A DNA stretch of 63,239 nt, counting the filler. It is 12 parts of 12 records of this genome, joined end to end, with 100 filler letters (N's around TTAATTAATTAA, not from the genome) between each part and the next. Parts side by side here need not be neighbours in the genome. Positions count along the whole stretch, not along the records: positions 52,619 to 58,712 come from SRR15195285_4716; positions 58,813 to 63,239 come from SRR15195285_4726; 10 more parts are not named here. One strand, given 5' to 3'. The position numbers and the translations under genes are program-made. This document shows positions 53,818-63,239 of the stretch, in pieces (position 1 is the first letter of the stretch; every line of letters starts with the position of its first letter). Under the pieces are notes generated by a model. That model did not search any database. It worked only from the letters and a program-made list of their open reading frames with translations, and was not told the origin of the DNA.

Positions 53818-55952
53818 ATGGGCCGGAGTGTGGAGCCCACTGGTGTGGGTCGCCTTGGCTTGTCACCGACGGTTGTGGTGGTGGAACAGGCACTGCTCTA
53901 CGTGGCGGTCGTGGGCGGCGTCTGCGGTCGACTGGCCGGAGCGACGATGCCTCTGGAGGTGGCAGCGCTGGCGGCCACGGCAGCGCTGAGCGGCACTCTT
54001 GCTGCAACCTGCCCACCTTCGTGCATCGCGACGAACAAGCTGCGGTGAATGCTCCCCAAGCTTGCTGGCCGCCGTTCTGTCGCAGCTCCACTCAGCTGGC
54101 TCTATTTTTGCACGCACTGGCTCGCGCAGGCCGCACGCCGACGACGGTCTCTTGTTTGGGACCTGCGCGCTGCCATGCCTGTGGGCGTCGATGGCGCTCC
54201 ACGCTGGGCCGGCCCGCAGAGCACCTCTGTTGCTGCAGTTCTGGTTTTCGCTGTGTGGCGCGCTCACAATTCTAGGTGCTCTTGCGATGCGGCACGGGCC
54301 GCGCTGGGCACCCCCTCTGGCCTGCAGCGTTCTGGCGGCCGCGGGACTGGCGGCGGTGGGGTTGCGAGAGGAACTGCTACATGGCGTCGCATTTGCGGGT
54401 GTGTGCCATTTGCTTTTCGAGGCTGCATTCGCGTTTCTTCCACGGTGCTTCACACTTGGCGAGGCAGCATTCTCTGCCCAGGGCTTGGCGAGCGTTGTAC
54501 ATGCTGCATTGTGCACGCTAGTGTCGACTGCTGACCACCACACATGGCTGCGTACTCCTCCGCCGTCATGGCCTGCCGGGTCATTAGCAATGGAGTTACT
54601 GGCTGTTTTGTGTCTGTCCACTCTTGCGACACTGGGATTGCTATGGTCGGCGCGGCCGTGGCTACAGACAGTCAGAGGAGGAGGCGGCAGCCGACAAGGG
54701 CACGCGCATAGACGAATGGCTGACGATATTGATCCGGCACGGCTGGGCTGCGGATTGGCATTTGCGGTGGCAGGGATTTATGCGCCACTGGTGTTTAGAA
54801 CACTACCTGGAACTGTAGTAGACGCCGCAGACGCATGGGAGCGGCTGCGTGGCATCTGCGCTGTGGAAGATATGCGCTGCGTGACCATTTTACTGTACTG
54901 GGTCGCGCTTATTGTGCGTCTCGTAAATGATGCTCCTTTGCGCCGCGCACTAGTGCAGCTATCCACGGCGACGCAACGTAGCTACTTGGAACCTGTTGAT
55001 TCTACCCTTGGTGGTCCACTCTGACCTTTATACGTGCTTGTAGGGCACGATTCCCGTGATTCCAAGGATACAAGCGTGGTTGCAGCTTCCACAAATTGCT
55101 GCTCGCAAGCTCTTCCACGCTCTCGCCTTGCTACTCTTCATTCCTGCCATTGCATGGAAAGAAATCGAGTTCTTGGCACTCTCCTTGGCGGTGCGTGCAA
55201 CCACTGTTTTTGTGCATCGTACACTGTTTTTGGTGGTCAGTTTTGATGAACTGAATTTGTAGATTGGCCTATCAGGTTGTGGCAAACGCATTTGTGTTGT
55301 CGGAGGTGCTTCGGATCTTTCGCGTGCCGCCGTTTGGGGCGCACCTGCAACAATTCATGGAGCCATTTGTTGACCGTAGAGATCAAGGGGTTGCCGTGCT
55401 GACACATATGTATCTGCTGCTTGGTTGTGCGATTCCCATCTGGTGCGATGTGGTGTTGCGAACCGTTTCGAGAGAGTCTGACGAGAACAAGCAGCCTAGA
55501 CAAGCATTGCAGCCAACAATGCTTCCATTCAGTGGACTGGTGAGCACAACATGGGCACATTCTTGTGTCTCACACCATGATGCCTGCGACAGTATTAAGC
55601 TTGCTAACGTAAACCGTGCGTTTTCGTTGCTTGGTTGACGCTTTTACTCTGCCTGGTGGTGCAGCTTTCAATAGGTGTGCTGGACTCACTGGCAGCGGTG
55701 TTTGGCAAGCGGTATGGACGAACGAAATGGCCAGGGACAAGCAAAACTGTGGAGGGAACGCTCTGTGCCATTGCTGGAACATTGGCAGTTGCACACGCCA
55801 TCAATGCTTACATTTGCGGTGGACAAGCACACTGGGCTGGAATCGGGGTGCCGGTTGTGATAGTGGCATTGCTGGAGGCATGCACACAACAGATTGATAA
55901 CTTGGTGTTGCCAGTCGTCTGTGCCATTCTCGTTTTAGTGATCGAGAATTGA
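53818..55952 (+). CDS. DOLK: Dolichol kinase (SEC59/DOLK); 5 exons
   Basis: R|PHADDG, RCFTLGEA, ARKLFHAL, FVDRRDQG.AVLTHMYLLLGCAIPIW, IGVLDSLAAVFGKRYGRTKWPGTSKTVEGT and QIDNLVLP. GT-AG introns near 54045-54129, 54914-55043, 55191-55275 and 55540-55664. Confidence 0.93.
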
Positions 55953-56344
55953 GGGAGGGCACACAACGAATGCAGAACATTCGCAACTTTCGTACAAATT
56001 TCAGCATGCGCATGCATAGCATTGGGGTCGTACTGTTCGAGCAGCCTCAATGACACGCGACGTGGCTGCCATCATCAATCTTCTTCCAACGTTCTGGGTC
56101 CAAGCAGGGTCCGTTGTTGGTGCTGCATTGCTTCCCAAGACAGTCCGTTTATGGTGGCGGTCTAGCCGGGGAGCTTGCCTCTGACGTGGTATGATATGAT
56201 ACGAGTACCACAGCAACATCTACATAATTCTCCAAGAAAAGAGGCCGTACAGAAGCTCTCGTGCAAAATCTGCGAGTTGCTGCAAACTGAACCCCCACAC
56301 AATTTGCTCAACGTATGGTCTTTTTGTCGCTCCACGAACAGATT

Positions 56345-57742
56345 TTAAGTTCCGGTAGTTGCACAGATTCCATGATACATACGGCCCAAGGCCATGTCCC
56401 CGGGCATGTCAGACCACTGATCGAGTTCGACATCGTACAGCTCGCAGCTTTTCAACAGTTGTGAGCCGTCCCAACCACCGCACGCCAGAATTCTTTTGCC
56501 AGGTATCTCGACTGCAGCCACTCCGTGCCGAGGTCTAGACATGGGTGCAACATATGACCACCTTCCATCGGCCGGGTCAAACACTTCCACACTTTCCAGC
56601 GGACGGTCCTTGTCATTGCCACCTAGTACATACAGGCGGCCGGAACAGGTGACAGCTGCGCAACCGTCACGTGGCTCGCTCATATTGGCAACTTTGCCCC
56701 ATACATCATCCACAGGATCGTAGGTTTCAACACTGCTGTACACTGCCGCAGTGCATGCAAAGACCCCCGAACGCCCGCCAACAATGTACAGCAAATCTCC
56801 CATCGTAGCGCAGCTACACCCCGCTCGTGGGACTCGCATTGAGGTCAGCTCACAGATCTGTTCAGTGTTCGGAATATACAACTGCACAGACGCCAGAGCT
56901 CCAAATGAGTCTTGCCCACCGACCAGATACACCAGTCCGTCAAGCTCTGCAACCGCGGGACAGTGGATGCCTTGAAGGCAGGTAAGTACCCGGGTGGAAC
57001 GAGCGGCACCGACGCTTCTCCATTCACCGCTATCATGCATGGCGCAATCGTAAACTTGAATGTCGACGGCAGACCGACCACCACCGAAAACATATGCTTG
57101 GGAACCGATTGACACGGCTGCACAGCCACCGCGCGGCAGATCCATTGCCTGAAGATGTTGCCACTCACGCATGTCGAACTTCTCTGCTTCAGCCATGCTA
57201 CCTTGGCAAGTGAAGTCGCTCAATTCAGTGCCACCGCCAAAAACGCACACTGCCACAGTAGCGGCTTGATCTGTTCGGGCGTCACTGCGACGCATAGTAC
57301 GTGTGGCTTCGCCAGCTGGTCTGGTCCACGAAGTCTCCCCACTGGCCGTGTTGCGGAAGTAGCTGCGCTTATGAGCTTCTGAGTATATCTCTGTCCACCC
57401 ACTCAGTGGGTTGTCAGTCTGGCCACTTCGATGCGTCGAGTTCGATGCGGATGCCGGTGTCAGCACCGCAGGGCGAGTCCATGAGGTCTCCCCAGTCTGG
57501 ATGTTCCTGTAGTAAGCGCGCTGGTGGGGCTGAGAGTAGCTTTCTGACCAGCCCGCAGGCAACGTTGCCTGCGCTGACGATGTCGAGTCATCACGCCCTG
57601 CTGCTCGGGAGGAGGGCGCTGGGGTGTTCCTACTGACTGCCGGTCTTACCCATGAGCTCTCCCCTGTCACTTTGTTCCTGTAGAACGCCCGTTGGTGCTC
57701 GTCCGAGAACTTCTGCTCCCAGTCTGCTGGCAGGGCAGCCAT
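56345..57742 (-). CDS. Protein with three WW domains followed by a Kelch beta-propeller
   Basis: Three LP..W.E.(F/Y)S..H.R.(F/Y)(F/Y)RN..TGE(S/T)SW.RP units, then about six GG...YD....W Kelch repeats. Confidence 0.92.
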   Translation of the reverse strand: MAALPADWEQKFSDEHQRAFYRNKVTGESSWVRPAVSRNTPAPSSRAAGRDDSTSSAQATLPAGWSESYSQPHQRAYYRNIQTGETSWTRPAVLTPASASNSTHRSGQTDNPLSGWTEIYSEAHKRSYFRNTASGETSWTRPAGEATRTMRRSDARTDQAATVAVCVFGGGTELSDFTCQGSMAEAEKFDMREWQHLQAMDLPRGGCAAVSIGSQAYVFGGGRSAVDIQVYDCAMHDSGEWRSVGAARSTRVLTCLQGIHCPAVAELDGLVYLVGGQDSFGALASVQLYIPNTEQICELTSMRVPRAGCSCATMGDLLYIVGGRSGVFACTAAVYSSVETYDPVDDVWGKVANMSEPRDGCAAVTCSGRLYVLGGNDKDRPLESVEVFDPADGRWSYVAPMSRPRHGVAAVEIPGKRILACGGWDGSQLLKSCELYDVELDQWSDMPGDMALGRMYHGICATTGT

Positions 57743-57929
57743 CCTGGCGAACTAAGCTCGCCAACTAGATGCTGCAGAGCGCGCCGCTCGAACGAGGACT
57801 TTCGAACTGCAGCGTATCTACACACTACAGTCGTACTGTAGCTTCTAGCTAGGATGCCGTCATAATCTGATGTTGGCTCGAGCTGCTGCTGGCGCTCGCC
57901 CGGCTTCAGGCACCTGTCAAGACTCACGA

Positions 57930-58335
57930 CTGCTGTACTATACTAGTACTATTATAGTACCAGGCAGCAGTGTGTACACACTCACGACTCAGAGAGTCAG
58001 ACTCAAAGTACACGTACATGTACCGCATAGTGAGCTCAATAATTGTGCTCAAGAAAACATTTTATAATTGAAAGTACCTCGTACTATTATTAATAGTACA
58101 CGTACTAGCTAGTATCCAATGCATCAAACCGACTACTATAATAGTATACTATTGATCAATAGTACTCAGAGTATCCTATTGATACTATGTAATACATGTA
58201 CTAGTAGTACCGTACTAGAGTCTAGTAGCGATGAATAGATGCGATCACTGCCAAGTGCTACTAGTACTGTATCAATGAATTCGAATGTAGCACTACGGCT
58301 CTATTGATAATAATAGTAGTGTACAGTGTACAGTC
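57930..58335. other. AT-rich intergenic tract dense in TAGTA/TACTA/GTAC micro-palindromes
   Basis: Sharp drop in GC relative to the flanks; for example the hairpin GTACTATTA-T-TAATAGTAC at 58081-58099. Confidence 0.7.
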
Positions 58336-58591
58336 GTACAGACTGAGAGCCCAACCTGGGTACTGCACCGAAGACCTGATTCGTGCTCCCGCGGGCGGCG
58401 CCGCCCCGCCTGCTGATGCGTGATGGGCTGATGGCGGCCGGGTCTGTGCGGCAGATGCACTGGCTGGGCAGCTTTGAGGTGTGCGCTCGTTTCCGTCGCG
58501 TTCGTTGCTGGGCGCCACCCGCACCTCGCGCGAACTCATTGCAGGCCGACAAGGGAGTGTGGGGCTCGCGAGGGGCTGCGTGCCTACACGG

Positions 58592-58712
58592 ATGAAAGGC
58601 CCCCACATTCACCGCCCATACCCATCGCTGCTGCCGCTGCATCTACTGCTGTCGCTAAGCGTATGCAGCCTCCACAGCCGCAGCCACAGCAGCCACAGCA
58701 GCAGCAGCAGCA
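58592..58712 (+). CDS. Possible 5' end of a gene truncated at a (CAG)n contig edge
   Basis: ATG-started frames (MKGPHIH...LLLSLSVCS or MQPPQPQPQQ) run into the gap, divergent from the WW-Kelch gene. Confidence 0.3.
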
Positions 58713-58812
58713 NNNNNNNNNNNNNNNNNNNNNNNNNNNNNNNNNNNNNNNNNNNNTTAATTAATTAANNNNNNNNNNNNNNNNNNNNNNNNNNNNNNNN
58801 NNNNNNNNNNNN
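58713..58812. other. Artificial contig linker
   Basis: N44-TTAATTAATTAA-N44. Confidence 0.97.
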
Positions 58813-59418
58813 GCTGAGGATTGCATCCTGACCCAGCCTGTGGCGCGCGCCTGCGCTGTGGTACTATACTACGGTATTATGTATAAATTGTACGGCCGGT
58901 GGCGCAGGTACGGATCCGTACGGCCGGTGGCGGCGTTGCGTTTCCTGGACTGACCGCAGTGCGACACCGTCCCGTGGCAGCCTCGAGCTGGGCTGCGACG
59001 GCTCATCGAAGACGTGCAGTGCAGTGGACACGCTTTCAGCTGCACTTGTTGATTCGACAGTTAGTGGCGGGGCGGGGCTGGGCGGGGCGAGGCTCTGATG
59101 CGTGCATTCTCGCCGCATTGCACGGTGTGGTCCGCAGATTCGTACTGAAGGGCACAGGTGAAGGCAGGGCACAGTGCTGTCGTCATATAGCGTGGCGGCC
59201 TGGGGGCTCCCGAACGAATCTCTTTCGTCGCGTGACCGCTACGATCGGATGGCGCCGTCATGCTCGCCGCAGCACAGCACGTGAGCATAGTGCTGATACC
59301 GCACCGTGTCGAAGACAGCGCCCCAGACGACGGCACTGAGCATGCGACCGCGTGCGGGAAAGAGAGGCTATCGACTGGCCCACTGACGGCCGAGGCGTCT
59401 GCAAGGACGGGGTGAGGC

Positions 59419-60732
59419 ATGGCGGCGCATCGGCGGCAAGGAGGCGCTCCGAGAGGTCAGAGGGGAGGAGGCAATGTGGACTTCCAGCTGCACTCCGTGG
59501 TGCTGGAGCTGGAGCGCGAGCGGCATGCCTCGTTGGGCTTCAAGAAGAAAGTGGCGGACCTTGGCGACTTGAACACGAAGCTGGGTTTGACCGTCTCCAA
59601 GCAGCAGCATGTCATTGAGACGCACGCAAAGGACCTTCAGAAAGTGGAGCAGAAGTGGCGGCGGAAGTGCGACTCCTTAGCTCGGGAGCTGCACCTGGCC
59701 CAGTCGGCTCTCTCAGACCATGCTGGGCAGGAGAAGAAGGCGCGCACGCAGGCGAAGCAAATGAAGGGGCAGATGGCCGAGATAGAAGCCAAGCGCGCGG
59801 CCGCGATGCGGAAAATGGGCGCGGCGGGAGTTGATGCGACCAGTGGGGCGCAAGTGACTTCGCTGCAGAAGGCTCTCGCGCGGCAGCGCGACCGAGCTGA
59901 CCAGCTAGAGCTAAGGCACAGACAGGCTGTCGTGGCTTTGAAAGAAGAGAAGGGTGCCCGAGCAAAGTCGGACAAGCTTGTTCACGAGCTGTGGGATAAA
60001 GTAAAGGAAGTGGAGGGCGACGCGAAGGCTCACACCGTCAAGGTAGCCATTGAGCGGCAAGAGCTGCAACAGACGACGCAGAAACTGCAGCAGGAGCTGG
60101 ACCAGTTGCGCAAGCAGCGCAGTGGCAAGCAGAAGATAGCATCGAAGGGCGGCACCGCGCGGCAGCAGGCAGGACGCGAGCTGCAGCAGGTCCAAACCAA
60201 GATGCAGCAATACCGAGACCGCGGTGAAGCGCAGCGACTAGAACTGATCAAGGCTCAGGAGCAGCTTAAGCGTGAGGTTGCCCGGGCCGTCTCGGCTGAG
60301 AAGGCCCTGGCCAAAGCTCTGCAGCAGGAGGGAAAGCTCAAGGATGCTGCAAGCGGAGGGGCGCAGCAGAATTCGAAGGCGCAGCTTGAGCGGCGTGGAG
60401 CCGAGATGAAAGCGGAAAAGTTAGGGGCAGAGGTGCGGCGTTTGGCAGAGAAGAACAAAGCGCTGCACAGAATGCTTGCGGAGAAGGAGAAGGAGTTAGC
60501 AGCCCTGGCAGCAGTCCAGCAGCGCAAGAAGAGATTTGTCGGCGTGAAGAGAACTGCAGGATATGTGCCAGAGGTAGCCGATGAACCTGACAGGGAGCAG
60601 AACGAAAGCGAGGAGGAGGTTGCAGAGGCTACTGGGCTGGCGGCGGTCAAGGCAGCAGCTGCTGCAGCATCTGACGACGATAGTGACGATGATAGCGACG
60701 ACGATAGCGACGACGATAGTGACGAAGGTTGA
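59419..60732 (+). CDS. Basic coiled-coil protein with an acidic (SDDD)4 tail
   Basis: 437-aa ORF with heptad-like K/Q/E/A composition; 12-bp repeats GACGA(C/T)GATAG(C/T) at about 60673-60723. Confidence 0.8.
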   Translation: MAAHRRQGGAPRGQRGGGNVDFQLHSVVLELERERHASLGFKKKVADLGDLNTKLGLTVSKQQHVIETHAKDLQKVEQKWRRKCDSLARELHLAQSALSDHAGQEKKARTQAKQMKGQMAEIEAKRAAAMRKMGAAGVDATSGAQVTSLQKALARQRDRADQLELRHRQAVVALKEEKGARAKSDKLVHELWDKVKEVEGDAKAHTVKVAIERQELQQTTQKLQQELDQLRKQRSGKQKIASKGGTARQQAGRELQQVQTKMQQYRDRGEAQRLELIKAQEQLKREVARAVSAEKALAKALQQEGKLKDAASGGAQQNSKAQLERRGAEMKAEKLGAEVRRLAEKNKALHRMLAEKEKELAALAAVQQRKKRFVGVKRTAGYVPEVADEPDREQNESEEEVAEATGLAAVKAAAAAASDDDSDDDSDDDSDDDSDEG

Positions 60733-60855
60733 CAAGTTCATTCATACAAGACTTTGCAGATAAGTCCGATGATGCGGAGATGACCTTAGCTTTGCACGGC
60801 CACAAGACTAGCTATTGGGCACAAGTCTCTGGTTGAGTACGTAACCGCAGAGAGC

Positions 60856-63239
60856 TCAGACTCGGTTCCACCGCGGTCTCTCTGGTGTTGTCTCGGGCGA
60901 CATCTCTGCGCCCATTGTCTGTCGCAACACGCTTGTTCTCCTACCCTCACTCTCTTTTCGCAGTGTTAACTTCTTGCCTGGCGTGCGCATTGGTGTCCCT
61001 GGCTTACCCTCAGCGCGCAACCTTCGCCGCAGGCCATCGTTCTCCGCTACAAGCGCATCCCTACACAGGTTGCAGTCTTTCAGTTCACTTTTCAGACTCG
61101 CGCGCTGTGCTTTCCATTCTTCAACCATCGCCATCTTGTTCCGCGACGCTGCAAGCGACGCGTCCACCGCCTGTGCAAGTTCGTCTCGCAACCCGACGAC
61201 CTTGTCCTCACTGGTCGCGAGCTCCATCTCTAGGTCATTCACCCTCTTGTTGCGCTGTTCTGAGAGCTCAAGTGAGGCAGACAGTTCCTCCAGTGTCGTC
61301 GCTAGTCGCTCCTCGTAGTGCAATCGCGCCTCCTCGGCATCCGCTAATCGGTGCTCATACGATGCTGTCATTTCTCGTTTCTCGTACTGGAATGTCATGT
61401 ACTGCTCTTGTAATTGAGACGCGGCTCTCATGGCCCGTTCGTCCGCTTCGGCTGCTGTTGCTCTCATCCGAATAACTTGATCCTGTGCGAATGCGGTTTC
61501 CGTGCGGGCAACCATCAGCTCTACGGTCACTTCGATCACAGCTGCATTTGCTGCATTCGAGATGAGCCGAGCCTGCTCCTGTGTCGAAGCTATGGACTTC
61601 ATTCGGTGAACCAGCGTCCTACTAATCTGTTCGTTTTCATGATGGCACGAAGATTCTTTCATGCGTTGCACCAGCGAGGGTCCACTGGGTACAATCTGAC
61701 CTGCAGCCTTGGGTTCAGGCTCTGGATCCAGCTCTAGTTCGGGCTCAGGTTGAGGTTCAGTACCCACGTCCACGTCGACTTCGAACTCATCACCAGGTTT
61801 CACACCTTCTGGAACGATTGCTTGCATCAACTCTCCTGAAGGCGCAGTCACTTCTACCATTTCTCCAGGTCCCACATCATCTGGGCAAACAACAGCAATC
61901 ACCATGCAAGCATGTACAGTCTCACTTCCTGCAGATGGCACTGACTCTTGTCCATCCAACTGCGCTCGAAGTTCTCTGCATTGCTGCTCTGCTTGCTCTG
62001 CCCGGGCCTCAGCTATTCGCAGTTGCTCTTGTACCAACTCTGACGCTCGGTGCGCACCTGCCAGTGCTGCCTTGCCCGCAAGCTCAACCCTGTCTCCCGC
62101 CACGAGCTCCATTCGTGCTTCATCCAGCTCCGATCGGAGGGATTGTTCCAGAAGCGACTCCGCGTCTTCTGGACACGCTACGCCATCGCCACTGTCATCA
62201 GCCGTCAGTGTACCACATTCAGGCGCGGTACAACTCAGCTGTTGCTGCCGCTGTTCCGCTTGCTGTTGAGCGATCATCTGCCCAAGGCCGTCTGCTTCAT
62301 TTGTGGTTGGTGACGTGGTTGTCGTTGCCATGGGCTCGGCTGGTGCCAAGAGCATCCTGCGAATATCAGTTACCATAACCCTACGGACAGTATTTGGAGA
62401 ATCAGTTCTAGCGCCTATCACATGGCATTTATCTGCCCAGGTCACACCAGAGGCCGCTGTTTCATGCTCATGTAGTTTTGCTACGTCGTCCTGCAGGTGG
62501 TGCACCGTCTCTAGCTGTTGATGTGCTGCAGCTTCTACTTGCTCCTCAGCTGCTTCCAGCTGTTCGATGAGCTGATCGCATCGGTCTAGCGTTGCGAAAG
62601 CTGAACCAGTACAGCGCACCGCCGCACCAGCATCTGGACTGGGGCTCACAGTCGGAGATTGCGCAGCAGGAGCACGAGCGCGTGACAGCGACATTGGTGA
62701 GAGGCTTGGCCAGCGTGCCATTCCTGGAGTGTGCCACGGCGTCAGAGCGTTGCTTCCCAGGCCCTGGAGCTCTGACTGGTTTCCATCGTTTGACGGACTC
62801 GGCGTTGACTCACTACGTGCTGAACCAAATCTGGTCCCATACCGGGTACCTAACGTGACCCAGGCACGCATTTCTGCGTCCTGCATTTCTGCTGTTCTTC
62901 TCGCCTCAGCCATAATCAGTGCTGCCTGCTGGCTTAGTGCTGCACTCCGACGCTTCTCTGTCTCCAGCCCTGTAGAAGCTGCATCAAGCAACCTCGCTGC
63001 AGCAGCAACATCATTTTGCAACGCAGCCACCTGGCTGACTGCTTCATCTGCTGCCGCCTCAGACTCTTTTATTTGCTCGTTTGCTGCTGTGAACTTGTCA
63101 TGCTGGTGTTCAATTTCCAGGAGCAGTGCTCCTCGTCCCTTCTGTGCAGCAGCCAGCTCGGCGGTTAGCACCTCCACTTTACTAGTTGCCTCCTCGCCAA
63201 GTGCCACCGCCTGCTCCAGCTCGCTTTTGGTCTGAGAAT
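60856..63239 (-). CDS. 5'-partial coiled-coil protein with a small VxCP..V.PG...V.VP.GV.PG..F.V beta module and a PE tract
   Basis: The frame is open to the window end. It contains VVCPDDVGPGEMVEVTAPSGELMQAIVPEGVKPGDEFEVDV followed by EPQPEPELELDPEPEP. Confidence 0.75.
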   Translation of the reverse strand, partial: SQTKSELEQAVALGEEATSKVEVLTAELAAAQKGRGALLLEIEHQHDKFTAANEQIKESEAAADEAVSQVAALQNDVAAAARLLDAASTGLETEKRRSAALSQQAALIMAEARRTAEMQDAEMRAWVTLGTRYGTRFGSARSESTPSPSNDGNQSELQGLGSNALTPWHTPGMARWPSLSPMSLSRARAPAAQSPTVSPSPDAGAAVRCTGSAFATLDRCDQLIEQLEAAEEQVEAAAHQQLETVHHLQDDVAKLHEHETAASGVTWADKCHVIGARTDSPNTVRRVMVTDIRRMLLAPAEPMATTTTSPTTNEADGLGQMIAQQQAEQRQQQLSCTAPECGTLTADDSGDGVACPEDAESLLEQSLRSELDEARMELVAGDRVELAGKAALAGAHRASELVQEQLRIAEARAEQAEQQCRELRAQLDGQESVPSAGSETVHACMVIAVVCPDDVGPGEMVEVTAPSGELMQAIVPEGVKPGDEFEVDVDVGTEPQPEPELELDPEPEPKAAGQIVPSGPSLVQRMKESSCHHENEQISRTLVHRMKSIASTQEQARLISNAANAAVIEVTVELMVARTETAFAQDQVIRMRATAAEADERAMRAASQLQEQYMTFQYEKREMTASYEHRLADAEEARLHYEERLATTLEELSASLELSEQRNKRVNDLEMELATSEDKVVGLRDELAQAVDASLAASRNKMAMVEEWKAQRASLKSELKDCNLCRDALVAENDGLRRRLRAEGKPGTPMRTPGKKLTLRKESEGRRTSVLRQTMGAEMSPETTPERPRWNRV

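Noticed and set aside
1-63239. tRNA, rRNA, transposase/RT, viral hallmark genes, CRISPR arrays
   Set aside because: None was recognisable by eye in the ORF translations or the intergenic DNA; covariance-model searches were not possible.

Overview
This window is eukaryotic (protist-type) DNA: GC-rich, gene-dense and carrying short GT-AG spliceosomal introns. It is not one locus but 12 short contigs (about 3-10 kb each) joined by 11 identical artificial 100-nt linkers (N44-TTAATTAATTAA-N44), so gene neighbourhood only means something within a contig. About 24 protein-coding genes or fragments can be supported. Recognisable ones are a BNR/Asp-box sialidase-like protein, a TMEM245/AI-2E-type transporter, a Gfo/Idh/MocA-type fragment, a Dispatched/Patched RND protein, a LAG1 ceramide synthase, a PG-repeat ciliary protein, GH30 and GH18-like hydrolases, USP22/Ubp8, an AAGAB-like protein, a SEC-C/TPR/CHAT protease, a GSTCD-type methyltransferase, a class I/II aminotransferase, dolichol kinase, a WW-Kelch protein and an ankyrin protein, plus several coiled-coil proteins. 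I see no rRNA, tRNA, CRISPR array or transposase. The most unusual items are domain architectures: (1) a cAR/GCR1-like 7TM receptor spliced in-frame to a second multi-pass membrane module, ARM repeats and an RRM; (2) a SEC-C + TPR + CHAT caspase-like protease with an intact His/Cys dyad; (3) an AAGAB/p34 protein with a duplicated adaptin-binding domain and a UVR motif; (4) a Dispatched-like protein with inserted tandem Cys-rich repeats. All family calls come from motif recognition by eye, with no database search. The host may be a flagellated heterotrophic picoeukaryote such as Picozoa, but that is inference.
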